A DNA stretch of 63,972 nt, filler included, from Reclinomonas americana ATCC 50394 (taxonomy: Eukaryota), in assembly GCA_048213135.1 (NCBI GenBank). It is 22 parts of 22 records of this genome, joined end to end, with 100 filler letters (N's around TTAATTAATTAA, not from the genome) between each part and the next. Parts side by side here need not be neighbours in the genome. Positions count along the whole stretch, not along the records: positions 22,244 to 27,193 come from AFZH01021725.1; positions 27,294 to 29,067 come from AFZH01021726.1; positions 29,168 to 30,346 come from AFZH01021727.1; positions 30,447 to 32,270 come from AFZH01021728.1; positions 32,371 to 33,939 come from AFZH01021729.1; positions 34,040 to 37,684 come from AFZH01021730.1; 16 more parts are not named here. One strand, 5' to 3'. Under the pieces are notes generated by a model, which saw nothing but the letters and a program-made list of their open reading frames with translations, was not told where the DNA came from and did no database searches. Shown piece after piece: positions 22,491-34,041 of this stretch. The first letter of the stretch is position 1; each line of letters starts with the position of its first letter. The translations under genes and the position numbers were made by a program.

Positions 22491-25400
22491 TTATGAGAGA
22501 AAGCTCATGAGTGTGCATTTGGCCGTTACAGTCACTGTGACCGAGGCTTCGTTGTTTCTGGTGGCGCAGAGTGACAGTTGCCCGTCTGTGCCAGAGCAGC
22601 AGCAGGTGTCACTGACGGGCACTGCTCTGCCGCTTACCTCGGCCGATCCGGCGGGCCTTGCGCTCTTTATCGACACTGCCTGCACTGTCGCGTTTCCTCG
22701 TGTCGTCATGACATCGTCGATTACCGCTGCCACCGCCGCCAGCCTCACCTTCGACACCACCAACATGAACAGCGCTCTGGCCACGAGGTTGCGCTTGCAC
22801 TGATCTCTCCTTCTTTCTCCCTCTCGCTCTCCTTGCTCACGGTATGTGTCATGTGCAGTGGCTTCCTGTGCGGTCGTGCAACTCCGACGACCGCCTACAG
22901 CAACCTCGTGTCTGTGTTTTTCAGCGCGCCGTGCATTCGAACTCCGCGCGCCATTCGCTACGCCCTCGACTGCGCAGCAGTGACTCCTACCACTGCGACA
23001 ACGATTCCGGCAACGCAGTCAGTGCCGATCACGGGCAGCAATCTGGCTGCCACCCTCATTTTCGGCTTGGCTGCGTCGAATGATTGCCAGGGCACTGTTG
23101 ATACCACCACTGTGCCACTGGCTTACACGGCAGCGGGCTCCACCCTCGACTACACCACTCAAACGGCAACTGCCAGCACCGTGACATCCCAGTACTTGTG
23201 TGCGCGCAGGGTTGCCACTGGCACGTGGGCCTACACTGGCGCGCAGATTACGGTGAAGCAGTTGTGCGTGGCTGGTCGCACCCAAACCGCCGGCGACAAG
23301 AGCATTATGCTGCACCCGGGCTCGTGCACCACGATTACCCAGGCACAGGTCGTTCCCAACCTGACCGTAACCGCAAACGCCGCCAATGCCGCCTTCTTGC
23401 CGTCGTCGTCGTCGGATTACTTGGTGTTGTCCAACGACCCGGCCGGTAATTGCCAGCCCCAGTTCCATGTCAGCACTGTGACGGCCCTTTTTGAGTCGGA
23501 CACAAGCATTGCGGTGCGTTTTCCTGTCGATCGCCGGCACTTCTCTGCGCGTACTCACTCCTCGCATGCAGTTTGACACCACAAAGCAACTGACGCCGAT
23601 CTCTGCTCCACTCACTCTGTGCACGCGCGCTGTCTTTGAGGACAACTGGGTGCCAACGGCGGCCACGATCACCATCAACAGTGGCTGCTGGTCGGTGGCG
23701 TCGCTGTCGATCCCACCGGGCGCCTGCAACATCGACTCCCTGGGCAACGTCGGCAACCTCGACCGTACCATTACTGGCGTCAACATGCCGAGTTGCGTAC
23801 CACGCGCTTACCTTTTTGTGAATTGACTCTGCACTCACTCTTTGGCTGCAGCTGCTGCCGGCTTCGTGATTGACATTTTCGCCCCGGGCACTTGCGTCCC
23901 TGGAGGAGCCGGTGGCGATACTGTCCCGACCGCGGAGTCTGCGCAGCCCAATCAGGGGCTGTTGATTTCTCCAGACGGATTGACGGCAACCAGCCAAGTA
24001 GTCAGCTTCATGACACTCCTGCACGTTGCGCGCCAGTCTCAAACCGTGGGAGCACTGCCATACTATGAGATCTGCTACTCCACCGATGCCGGCAACCAAG
24101 TTTATGTTCGTACCTTCGAGGAGAATAGACGTATGCACGTGTTCTTACGTTGTTTGTATGCCTCCCACAGTACTTCTCCGGCACGACCCTGACCATTGAC
24201 GGACCGTGTGTGTCGTCGCCGTCGCAGCCATTCACCTTTGCCATCAACGACGGTGTCGTACAGAACCTGATATTGCAAGGCGTTCCTGTACCTGCACTGG
24301 CGACGCGTTACACGTCTGGCTGGGCCGCCGCAGACACAGCAATCATCACTTCCGATTCCTCGTGCGACCCGACCACTGTTGCGCTTCGCCTTCATTATCG
24401 TCGTTTGCTGCAAAACAAATAATAGCTCACTCTCTTGAGGGAAAATCGCCAACATAGGCTCTTATCGACTCGGTCGCAGCAACGACGTTCACGTTGTCTC
24501 TTAACAACTATGACGACGCGAGTGTGTCCGTGGACTCGGCGCTGTTGGCGGCATTGCCGGCCGGGCGAAAGCCAACTGATTTGAGCCTGTGCATCAATCT
24601 CGATGGTGCCGGCGTCTCGTATGTGCGCTTGGCGACCATCAATTTCGGTGCGTGGAAGAAGCACATCACGTGCTTCATTAGCTGAAGCCTGCATGCTAAC
24701 TGAAATCTGTGCGTGTCTTTCACAGTGTCCATGTCGGTCGTGCGAGACACGTACGCCACAGGCATCTTCAACGCGCAGCTGCAGCTTGATGGGTTCCCCC
24801 TGCCCGCACCATCCACATTCGACGCGGCATCCACGGCAGCCACGACCGGAAACCCATTCGTGTTTATCACGGACACGGCCACCACATGCCTGGATGGCGT
24901 GGTGCCAGGTGCCGCAGCAGTACTGGGAGCAGGCATCACCAACCTGTCGCTGACGATGCTGACCGGCACGATCGGCTTTCAGACCACGGCCGAGCACTAC
25001 GCATTCCAGCTGTCGACTCGTTCGGCGCTGGCGGCGTGTGCGACCACCAATTTTGTGGCTGCGGGCGACTACCTGCTGTGCGTGCGTCTGGGTGACGGAC
25101 AGGGTTACATGACGGCAGCCACGTTGCACGTCACTGGTACGCCTCAATAATCAGTTCCCTTTTTGCATGCACGCGCACACAGACCTACCTGCTGACCAGC
25201 ATGTTTTGCGCAGCCGACACTACGGCAGTTTCCCCGGGCACATCGATTTCGGCCGCCTTCAACAAGCGCTTCAATTTGACGTTGTCGGGCACCTTTAACG
25301 ACTGCTCTACCTTCTCGATTGTCAACTACGATCCGTCGGTGGTCAGCTGCGGTGCGTCGCTTAGCGACACCGTGACAGGACGGCTGTCGTTCTCGCTCGA

Positions 25401-26894
25401 CGTGACCCTCGGCCTCGGACGCTACAATGCTGCGTCTGGACTGTACTCGTCGTACACTCTTTCGCTGCAACCCAACTCGACCGTGCGCCGTCCGCTCATG
25501 GTTCGTGCTGCTCACTTACTTCCGTTTTTATCGTGTTGCATCTTGTGCACTCACCTCTGCCCTTCGCTTGTTGCCTTGCCGCAGCTGTGCTTCCAAGCCA
25601 ACTCGAACGGTGCTTTCCTGGCGATTCCGTCCGCGTTCCCCAACACCGGTACCGGCGTGATCAACATTGGCGCACGTGAGTGCCAGAGTGCGCTTTCTTT
25701 ACCTTGACCGTGGTAGATTTCTCATTCGATACCGCTTGGGTGACACAGACATTCAAGCCGGTACCATTGTGGGTGACAACAGCGATGCGTTGTATGCCGC
25801 TTCCCAGTTTGACGGTGGTGCTGGCACACGCACGTGGCAGATTACCACGCAGTTTACGGAGGAATTCAGTTTCGTGGCGGAGCAACGCTCCTCCTTTTTC
25901 GTCGCCAAAAGCCTTTCGCTGTGCTGATCCACTCTTCTCTCGCCTCAGCTTCGGTGCCGAAGGTGTTCTTCGCGTTGCAGGGCCTTAACATTGGTGCCAG
26001 CGACACTCGTTTCTACTGCTCCACCAAGTTGCGTGTTGTTGCGTGCTTTCTGCTTGCGACATACCAGCGTCCTCATTCGTTCCTTGTCTTGGCGAGTGCA
26101 GTCGTGTGACCACGCAGCAACTGCTGCTCCGTTGCATCACGTACACCAACGTTGACATCAACAAGTTCGTGTTTGTGTGTGTATTATTGCGTCATCGCTG
26201 CTGCAACGCTTGATACTGAAAAGAGTTACTCTCCCCTATTGATTCGTGCAGCCTGTCGCTTGGATGGATGGCGGTCAACATGCCGAGCGCTTCGTCGAAC
26301 GACTTGCGCGTCGGCAGCATCAACTACGTCGCCGATCGCCACCGCTCGTGGTGGACGCCGACGACAACCTCGTCCACGCGCGCACAGTCGTCCTCGATTA
26401 CCATTGGCAACTATGTGCAGTTCCCGGCGGTGCTCACTGCGCTGCGCCACGGCTACATTAGCGGATCGTACGACGCGGACTTTGTCGGCGGCGACGTGGA
26501 GGCATCGATTACCAAGTTCAACTTCCGCCACCAGGCGTCGGTGCAGACCACGTGCCGTGTGTCACGCCTCGCGTTTTCGTACTTGTCATACGTGCCGCGT
26601 GGTGCGAGTGGATGGGGCCTCCTGGCTGGCGAAGGCAGCCTTACGGCGCCTTTCGCCGACGCCGTTCACGACATTTCCACGGACGATTTGACGGCTGACA
26701 ACACCACGTTTGTGGCCTACCTGCGTGGATGGGCGTTTGCTTCCGCGGGCGCAGACGGATCGCTGGCGGTGCAGCTGTCAGTGGGTGGATCGTTCCCTTC
26801 ATTCACCGTATCCGTCAGCACGACTGGATCGGCGTCCACTCCGTCACGCATCGATTACTCCTGGGCCGCGCTTGGCATGGCTGCAACTGTGTAA
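22357..26894 (+). CDS. Large secreted Thr/Ser/Cys-rich protein with C-terminal tandem H-type lectin-like domains
   Basis: Signal peptide MRDRHSPSLLIACVATLFLLAAVCAPLHA and many short introns. The C-terminus reads QFTEEF..SVPKVFFALQGLNIGASDTRF..RVTTQQLLL..LSLGWMAV, then two similar units ending LAFSYLSY and IDYSWAAL. Stop at 26894. Confidence 0.7.
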
Positions 26895-27293
26895 GCGCTG
26901 AGACCGGAAGCCTGGGGGTTTTGATGTTTTCAATATTTTGCCTGTGTCTGTGTTTTGATTTCATTTTGCTGTTTTGCTCGTGTCTCGCCGACACCAGAAA
27001 TGAATGCTCTCGAAGCTTCGCTGTTGTTATTAGTCACCATAAAGCACATGCAGATTTTACTGCTGTGAGAGACCTCAGCGCGGCGTGGATCGCTGTCGTC
27101 GTTGAGTCGACGATGCTGAGCCACTGGTCGCACAAGGACAATGAGGCGTGTCAGCGAATTGGGGAGGTGGGGGGAGTAGAACGCATGAAGAAANNNNNNN
27201 NNNNNNNNNNNNNNNNNNNNNNNNNNNNNNNNNNNNNTTAATTAATTAANNNNNNNNNNNNNNNNNNNNNNNNNNNNNNNNNNNNNNNNNNNN

Positions 27294-28990
27294 GCTCCGG
27301 CGCCTGTGTGTTGACGAGCACACCCTTGGCCAACTGAAGCACATCGAGACAGCGTCAGTGACCGCCAACACGAGACAGACACATTTCTGTCGTAACCTCT
27401 GCTCGGATGCTCTTGGCCTGCACGTACAGCCGGACAGCCGCCGAGTACTTGCGTTGCGCAAGAAGAATGTGCGCCATGTTAGCCAGTGCCGTGGCAGTCC
27501 TACAGGCGAAGCATTCGTTAGAGAGGGAGAGAGAGGGAGCGACAAGGACGGCAAGGCACTCACGTGGCATGGTTCAGGCCGTAGGCGTGCTCAAAGATGG
27601 AGCGCGCTTTTTCGTACATTTCCAGTGCCTCTCCGAGGCGTCCCTGCTGCCGTAGCACGTTGCCGATGTTGTTGTAAATCGTGCCGAGAGAGGGATGATG
27701 CTGTGCGCACGCGTCAGCATGGAAGAGATGCAATGGGCACGGCAATCTCAACCAAACGCACCTGTCCAAGTGTGTCTAGTCTCAGTCGCGCAAGGCGAAG
27801 GAAAATGGCCAGCGCCTCGTGGGTGGCGCCACTGAGCAAGTACACATTGGCAATGTCACACTCGCGCTGTTGTGCTTCGGGGTGGTCGTCGCCAAAAATC
27901 TATACAGCAGGATAGGTAAGGACGTGGACGCACAACAACACAGAATACAGGCACGATACAGAACGCCTGTCACCTCTCGACAAATGCGATGAGCCGTCTC
28001 AAACACGGCCAACGCCGGCTCCCACAACTCGCCATGAATAAACACCTCTCCAATCGCCTGCGAGGAAGTCAACGAGAATTAGAACCACAAGTTGTCGGCT
28101 GGCTGACTGACTGGTGCGTACACACCGTGTAGCACGCGGCCGTCTCCACGTGGTACGGGCCGTGAACTTTTAGCCGAATGTCCAGCGCCTTTTCGAAATT
28201 CAGCGTCGCCTCCTCCGGCTGGTTCGCGGCCAAGTACGTGTTGCCGAGAAGAATGTAGCACGCCGCCACCGCCGTGTCGTTGTGTCCATGCAGCCGAATG
28301 CGCAAATCGAGTGCCTTGCGCTGCATCTCCAGCGCCTCGTCGTACATGCGCATGTGCTTGTACACAGTTCCCATGTTGTTGTAGCAGGTGGCCAGATCGG
28401 GGTGCTCCGTGTAGCCAGCGCACTCCAACAAACTGGCGCCGTGCTGGTAATGCTGCAGCGCCTTCTCCAACTCGCCCTGTTGCAGCAGACTGCCGGCGCG
28501 AGTGCACGATCAGCACGCGGAGGGGGGTGAAATGAGGGAGGCGAGGGGGGGAGGCGACGCAACATATTGCCGACATTGTTGTACAGAGTGGCCTGATCGA
28601 GATCGTTCAGCTCGTTTGTGGCCTGACTGGCCTCCAGGGAGCGCTCAAAAGAGCGCAATGATCGCTGGTATAGACCCAAGCTACCGCACACCATGCCTGC
28701 CGAAATAGGAAATGGTGAATCACCCAATTTTTATGGCGTGTGACTGGGAGCACGCACCTAGATTGTTGAGGGCAGCAGCCGACTGCACGGAATCTTCACC
28801 AAATGCCCGCGTGCTGACCTCCACCAGTTTCTCGTACTCGGTGCGCGCTTGGTCGAGATTGCCGAGCAGTCGATGCAGGTACCCCGAATCGTTGTAGTAC
28901 ACCGACCACAGTGTCTCCCGCTCCGTGCACTGCGGACTGCGCTCGAGAATCACCTTGGCAGCGGCCAGCTGCGACTCTCTATTGACCAGG
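27294..28990 (-). CDS. TPR-repeat protein (kinesin light chain/NPHP3-type repeats), partial
   Basis: Repeated motifs HPDLATCYNNMGTVY..YDEALEM, HPSLGTIYNNIGNVLRQQGRLGEALEMYEKA and SAAALNNLG over several exons. Confidence 0.9.
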
Positions 28991-29298
28991 GGGTGTGAGC
29001 AAGGCACAGCAGAAGCAGCAGCAGCTACTGCATACAAGGACGCAACGCTTCACCCAGCTGACCCATANNNNNNNNNNNNNNNNNNNNNNNNNNNNNNNNN
29101 NNNNNNNNNNNTTAATTAATTAANNNNNNNNNNNNNNNNNNNNNNNNNNNNNNNNNNNNNNNNNNNNAGAGGAGGAGGAGAAGGAGGAGGAGGAGGGCGT
29201 TGCGGGCGTGCGGTGGTAGAGTGGGAGCGAGGCGGATGAGCCGCTGCGTGACTGTGTGGTGGAGGGAGAGAGTGAGTGAGAGTGGGAGTGCAGGCTCT

Positions 29299-29329
<31 letters not shown>

Positions 29330-29572
29330 ACATGCAGGAGAGTGGGCCCGTCGGATTTGGGCGCGAGGCTCCACCCGCTACCGCCGCCTTCGCTCATTGG
29401 ACACAAATAACAAGCACGAAATGCACGCGCCCGCGCGATGCTGAATGAATTTTTGATGCATTTGTCGTGCAATCGGGGACAGCGACAAGGCGAAGAGATG
29501 AAGGAAACGAGAGACGCGAGAGAGGCGCGCTCTGTTTTGGTTGTTGTTGTTGTTGTTGGCCAACCGTGAGGG

Positions 29573-31884
29573 TTATTGTGCGCTGTTGTATGCATCCATC
29601 TCGGCATCGAGCGCCTCCGATGTGACAAAGCCGAACAGCGGACCGCCGAGACGACTGCAGTGAGTGAGGGGTGGTGAGTCGTGTGGGTGGGGAGGGAAGG
29701 AGGGAGGGAGGTGAGTGGGTGGGTGACTCACGCTGCAGCTCCTCCGCGGCTGTGTGGAAGCATTCATTGTGTGAGAGTAAGCATAGACATTTCGTGCAGT
29801 CGAAGGGAAAACAGTGCTCACCCGCCGCCACGAGAACCTCCACGAGAGCCTCCACGCGAGCCTCCCCGCGAGCCGCCAGCACCGCCCGCAGCAGCACCAC
29901 CGTGCTTCTTCAACTTGACCACCACTCGATCGCGTGAGCCTGCGCAAATAAATGAAAACCACAGCGAGGTGGGTGGGCATGCGACGAGCAGCATGCCAGG
30001 GGTTGACTGCCATTGCGCGTACCAGCTCCATTCCTGCGGCCACCGGCCTCCTCCTCCTCCTCGTCGTCGTCGCCACCGACCAGTGTCACAGTCACCTCCT
30101 TGTCATTGATTTCGGCGTGGTTGAGCTCGTTGGCGGCGGCCGCTGCGGCCTTGCCCGTCATGAACTCAGCGGTGGCGTGGCCAGTGGAGCGGCCTGCGCG
30201 GTGGAAGAGATGTAAGGGGAAAGGGAGGGAGGGAAAGGGAGAGAGGGAGGAAAGGGAGGGAGACAGGAAAAGGGGGGAGAGTGAGAGAGAGAGAGAGAGA
30301 GAAAGAGAGAAGAGAGAGAGAGGGAGGGAGGGAGGAAGGAAAGGACNNNNNNNNNNNNNNNNNNNNNNNNNNNNNNNNNNNNNNNNNNNNTTAATTAATT
30401 AANNNNNNNNNNNNNNNNNNNNNNNNNNNNNNNNNNNNNNNNNNNNGGGAGGGGGGGGGTGAGCAGAAATTGAAAAGGAGGCGCGGAGAATGAAGGCTAT
30501 TGGGAAAGAGCGATCGTTCTTCGGGAGAGGATGAAGAAAGGAAGCGAGGGGGAAAGAGTCAAGTCATCCAGGCAGGATGTACGGTGACACGACGCGGCAC
30601 AACATGAAGAGTGAGCGATTCAAAGAGAGAATATAAGCCGAGCAATTCAGTCAGCGAATGAGAACAACAACAGGATGCACGGTGACTCGATATGGCACAA
30701 CAAGAAGAGAGCATCTTGGAGAAGCACGCGAGAACCGAGCCGCTCAGGAAGGCAAACGAACACTACAACAGGATGCGCAGTGAAACGACACGACATTACA
30801 TGAAGAGTGAGACTCGAAGCAGCAACAACAATCGAGCCGCTCAGTCAGCGAATGAGAAACACAACAGGATGTCCAATGAAACAAGGTGGAACGAAGAGAG
30901 CGACTCGACGAGGGAACAAGTCACTCAGTCAGCGAATGAGAAGCACAACAGGATACACGGTGACAAGACGCGCAACACACGAAGAGTGAGCGACTCGACG
31001 AGGGAACAATAACCGAGCCACTCAGGCAGCCGAATGAGGATGCATGGCGACACAACGCGTAGTGCAATTTAAACATCAACACGACGTGACACAAATGAAG
31101 AACACCACTCGCAGCGAAGCATCCCAACAAGTCACGACACCAAAGAACAACGATCGCAGTGCAACACAACAAGGCGTGCACAACAACGAAAAGACATGGT
31201 CCATGAGCTGTGAGGCCCGCCACACGCATTCGTGCCTCCACCCAATAGACACGAACAGCATTCTCCTCCCTGTGCTTCTCACCGGTCGTGGCGGTGGCGG
31301 GCTGTACTGCTCCTGCTCCCGCATCGACGCTTTCCGAATGGTCGTGGTGCGCTGTGCACGTCCACCACGCTGCTCAGAGGGCGATGACGCAGCACGCGGT
31401 GTCCTCTTCGCACGATCGCCACCATCGCGATTGCCGCCTGCGTGTGATGCAGACGAACCACCTGCTCTCCCACTATGCAATGCACGCACACAATGCATGC
31501 ACAACAAAATTGAGAAATCACACGTGCGACAATGCAGAGAGAGAGACACACACACACACGCTCTATTGCACACAGAGACAGAGAGAGAGAGAGGCGCACG
31601 TGCGTGAGTGAGATGTCCAGACTACTCACCCGCGACCAAGACGGCTTCCGCCTCGACCGCCACCGCGACTGCTGCCACCACTGCCTCCACCGCGCTTCTC
31701 GCCACTGCCGCGCTTCACCAGCTCTGCATGCGCGTGTGTGTGCGAGTGAGAGAGTGAGTGGAAATGGGCATGGCCACAAAGCAAACGAGAGGTGCGCAGA
31801 GAGAGAGTGCGTGCGTGTGTGGATGCATGCAGCGTGCAGCGAAGGAGCTGACTGACCATCGAGAGGCACGTCCAACTTGTCCAT
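29573..31884 (-). CDS. ALYREF: ALY/REF (THOC4/Yra1-like) mRNA export adaptor, split by the 30347-30446 gap
   Basis: N-terminal MDKLDVPLD|ELVK (ATG 31884), RGG-rich segments, RRM C-half RSTGHATAEF..AANELNHAEINDKEVTVTL, RGGS repeats, and C-terminal SEALDAEMDAY before the stop at 29573. Confidence 0.85.
30580..31130. repeat. Degenerate minisatellite inside an ALYREF intron
   Basis: Recurrent TCAGTCAGCGAATGAGAA..ACAACAGGAT at about 30646, 30841 and 30925, and GAGCGACTCGACGAGGGAACAA twice. Confidence 0.55.
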
Positions 31885-32370
31885 GACTGTGTGTGGTAAA
31901 TGAGAAGTGATCGAAATGGCGGGAATCGAGGGGGGGACATGCAATATGCGTTATCGAAGTGCCCGGCAGCACATCGTTCAGCGAAGAGCGCCTACGTCGT
32001 CTGCTAATCATGAGGAGATACTGTGAAACGAGACATTTTGGCTTCGCAGCGACTCGAGAGCGATAACAATTGCAAACTTCAGAAACCCCGATCGACGCTG
32101 CACTCAAGTGGTTTCTCTGTCGGTGCTCTGGATATGGTTGAACTTGGCCGTCAAGGCAGCTGTTGCAACTCGACGTGCTCCCTTGCACTGAGTACGGCCA
32201 CGTGCTTCTCTGTTTTTTATTCAATTGCAATACCGGGAGGGGGCACAGTGGGATATACCACGCAGCGACANNNNNNNNNNNNNNNNNNNNNNNNNNNNNN
32301 NNNNNNNNNNNNNNTTAATTAATTAANNNNNNNNNNNNNNNNNNNNNNNNNNNNNNNNNNNNNNNNNNNN

Positions 32371-32544
32371 TCTCACAAATCATGAATCACACAAACACAC
32401 ACACAGTCAACTCACACTTGGAGCTGGCAAAGAGCGCGAGGAAGAGCAGTGTGTTAAGAATGACCAGCATCACCACACACGTGATCAGCAAGCCCACTGC
32501 ACGCAATGAGAGACACACACACACGGAATCAGCGCACATTCGCA

Positions 32545-32575
<31 letters not shown>

Positions 32576-32795
32576 CCAAGCAGCCGAGTCTCCTCTTGAC
32601 TGGATCCTTTGGTCGCTTGCCCAACAACACGTCGGTCTCATAGTAGGAGGAGGGTGAGTGTGAGATGCGCGGAGGTGCGCCTCCTCCGTTGACAGAGGTG
32701 GCGGCGACAGGTGGAGGCACGCCACTGCCGCCGTTGAGCGCGCCACTGCTCGCGTTGCGAATGTGGAAGCGCGTCACTGGCGCGTCGTCGCTCAT
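32371..32795 (-). CDS. 5' part of a type II membrane protein of unknown function
   Basis: ATG 32795 MSDDAPVTRF...KRPKDPVKRRLGCL, an intron, then hydrophobic VGLLITCVVMLVILNTLLFLALF. Truncated by the gap. Confidence 0.5.
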
Positions 32796-33694
32796 GGTGG
32801 GAGTGAATGATGGGACGCACGCAATGGAGCGACGGATTTGGATTGATGAGTGTTTCATGCAATGGGGCAGCATGGAATTCCCATGTGGAACAATTACCAT
32901 CAAGGCATGTACACGGGGGATCAGAGGGCTGAAGGCTTTTTCATTTGCCTCTGACCTGTATCTCACGAAACTGCGCGCGATATCAATCGATATCGAATTA
33001 TATCGGGCAAAAGCCAGCAACAACGACAATCAAAACACAACCCTGTCAATCCACACATCGATGCAGGTGCACGATGATCTCCATCCTGAGCGAGCGCCAG
33101 GAACGGAAATATCTGTGGAAAACTGAATTCGAAATTCGCAACGTCGCGATCGGCAACTGGCGTTCTTGAGGGAGAAAGTACGGCTGCAGATTGGTGCGAT
33201 AGCACGTCGGCTGCTGCATGGGAAGAGAAAGACAGAGTTTGCTTCCCTGCAGGTCTCGGTGATATCCGCCTCGGTTGAAGGCAGCAAAGAATACAACAGA
33301 CAGCTGCAGGGTCAAAATGCACAGTGCCCGGCCTCTGCAGCCGTTCTCGGCAGTGCTCAACACAAGCAGAATGCGGTAACGGACGAAGCGGAAACTTGAA
33401 TAAGCTCGTCGGATCCGGACCCGCTTTCCTGACATGTCCCATGCATGGCCAATCTGGATTTGCGGAACTTGGAAGGTGGCATGATAGTCACGACATCTGA
33501 CATATTGTCTGTCTTGTCTGCGTTGTCGGTCGCAGATGCCTGCCTTTTGACGACTTGCGCTGGCGTCCGGCGTGAATTAATTCGAACACACTGGCGATCA
33601 ATTTTATTTTTTCCGATTTCGTGGCGAGAGAAGGCAAGGTGAATGGCTACAGCCCTAGGCCTGATCATCTTGACACATCATCTCTCCCTCCCTT

Positions 33695-33731
<37 letters not shown>

Positions 33732-34041
33732 TCTGCGTGTCTGCCTCTCTCCGTCGCATCTTTGCATCGCATCCAGACAATGCATGTGTGCATTCACTCC
33801 CTCTCTTCTCGCTCTCGCTCTCATCGCTCTCATCGCATATTCTCACTGCATTACCCATCCGCGACGAGCATACTCCTCTGACACGATCCTGCAGTGGGTC
33901 GCATTTCTGTCATCTGCCTCTCCCCATCTCTCTCCCTCCNNNNNNNNNNNNNNNNNNNNNNNNNNNNNNNNNNNNNNNNNNNNTTAATTAATTAANNNNN
34001 NNNNNNNNNNNNNNNNNNNNNNNNNNNNNNNNNNNNNNNCG

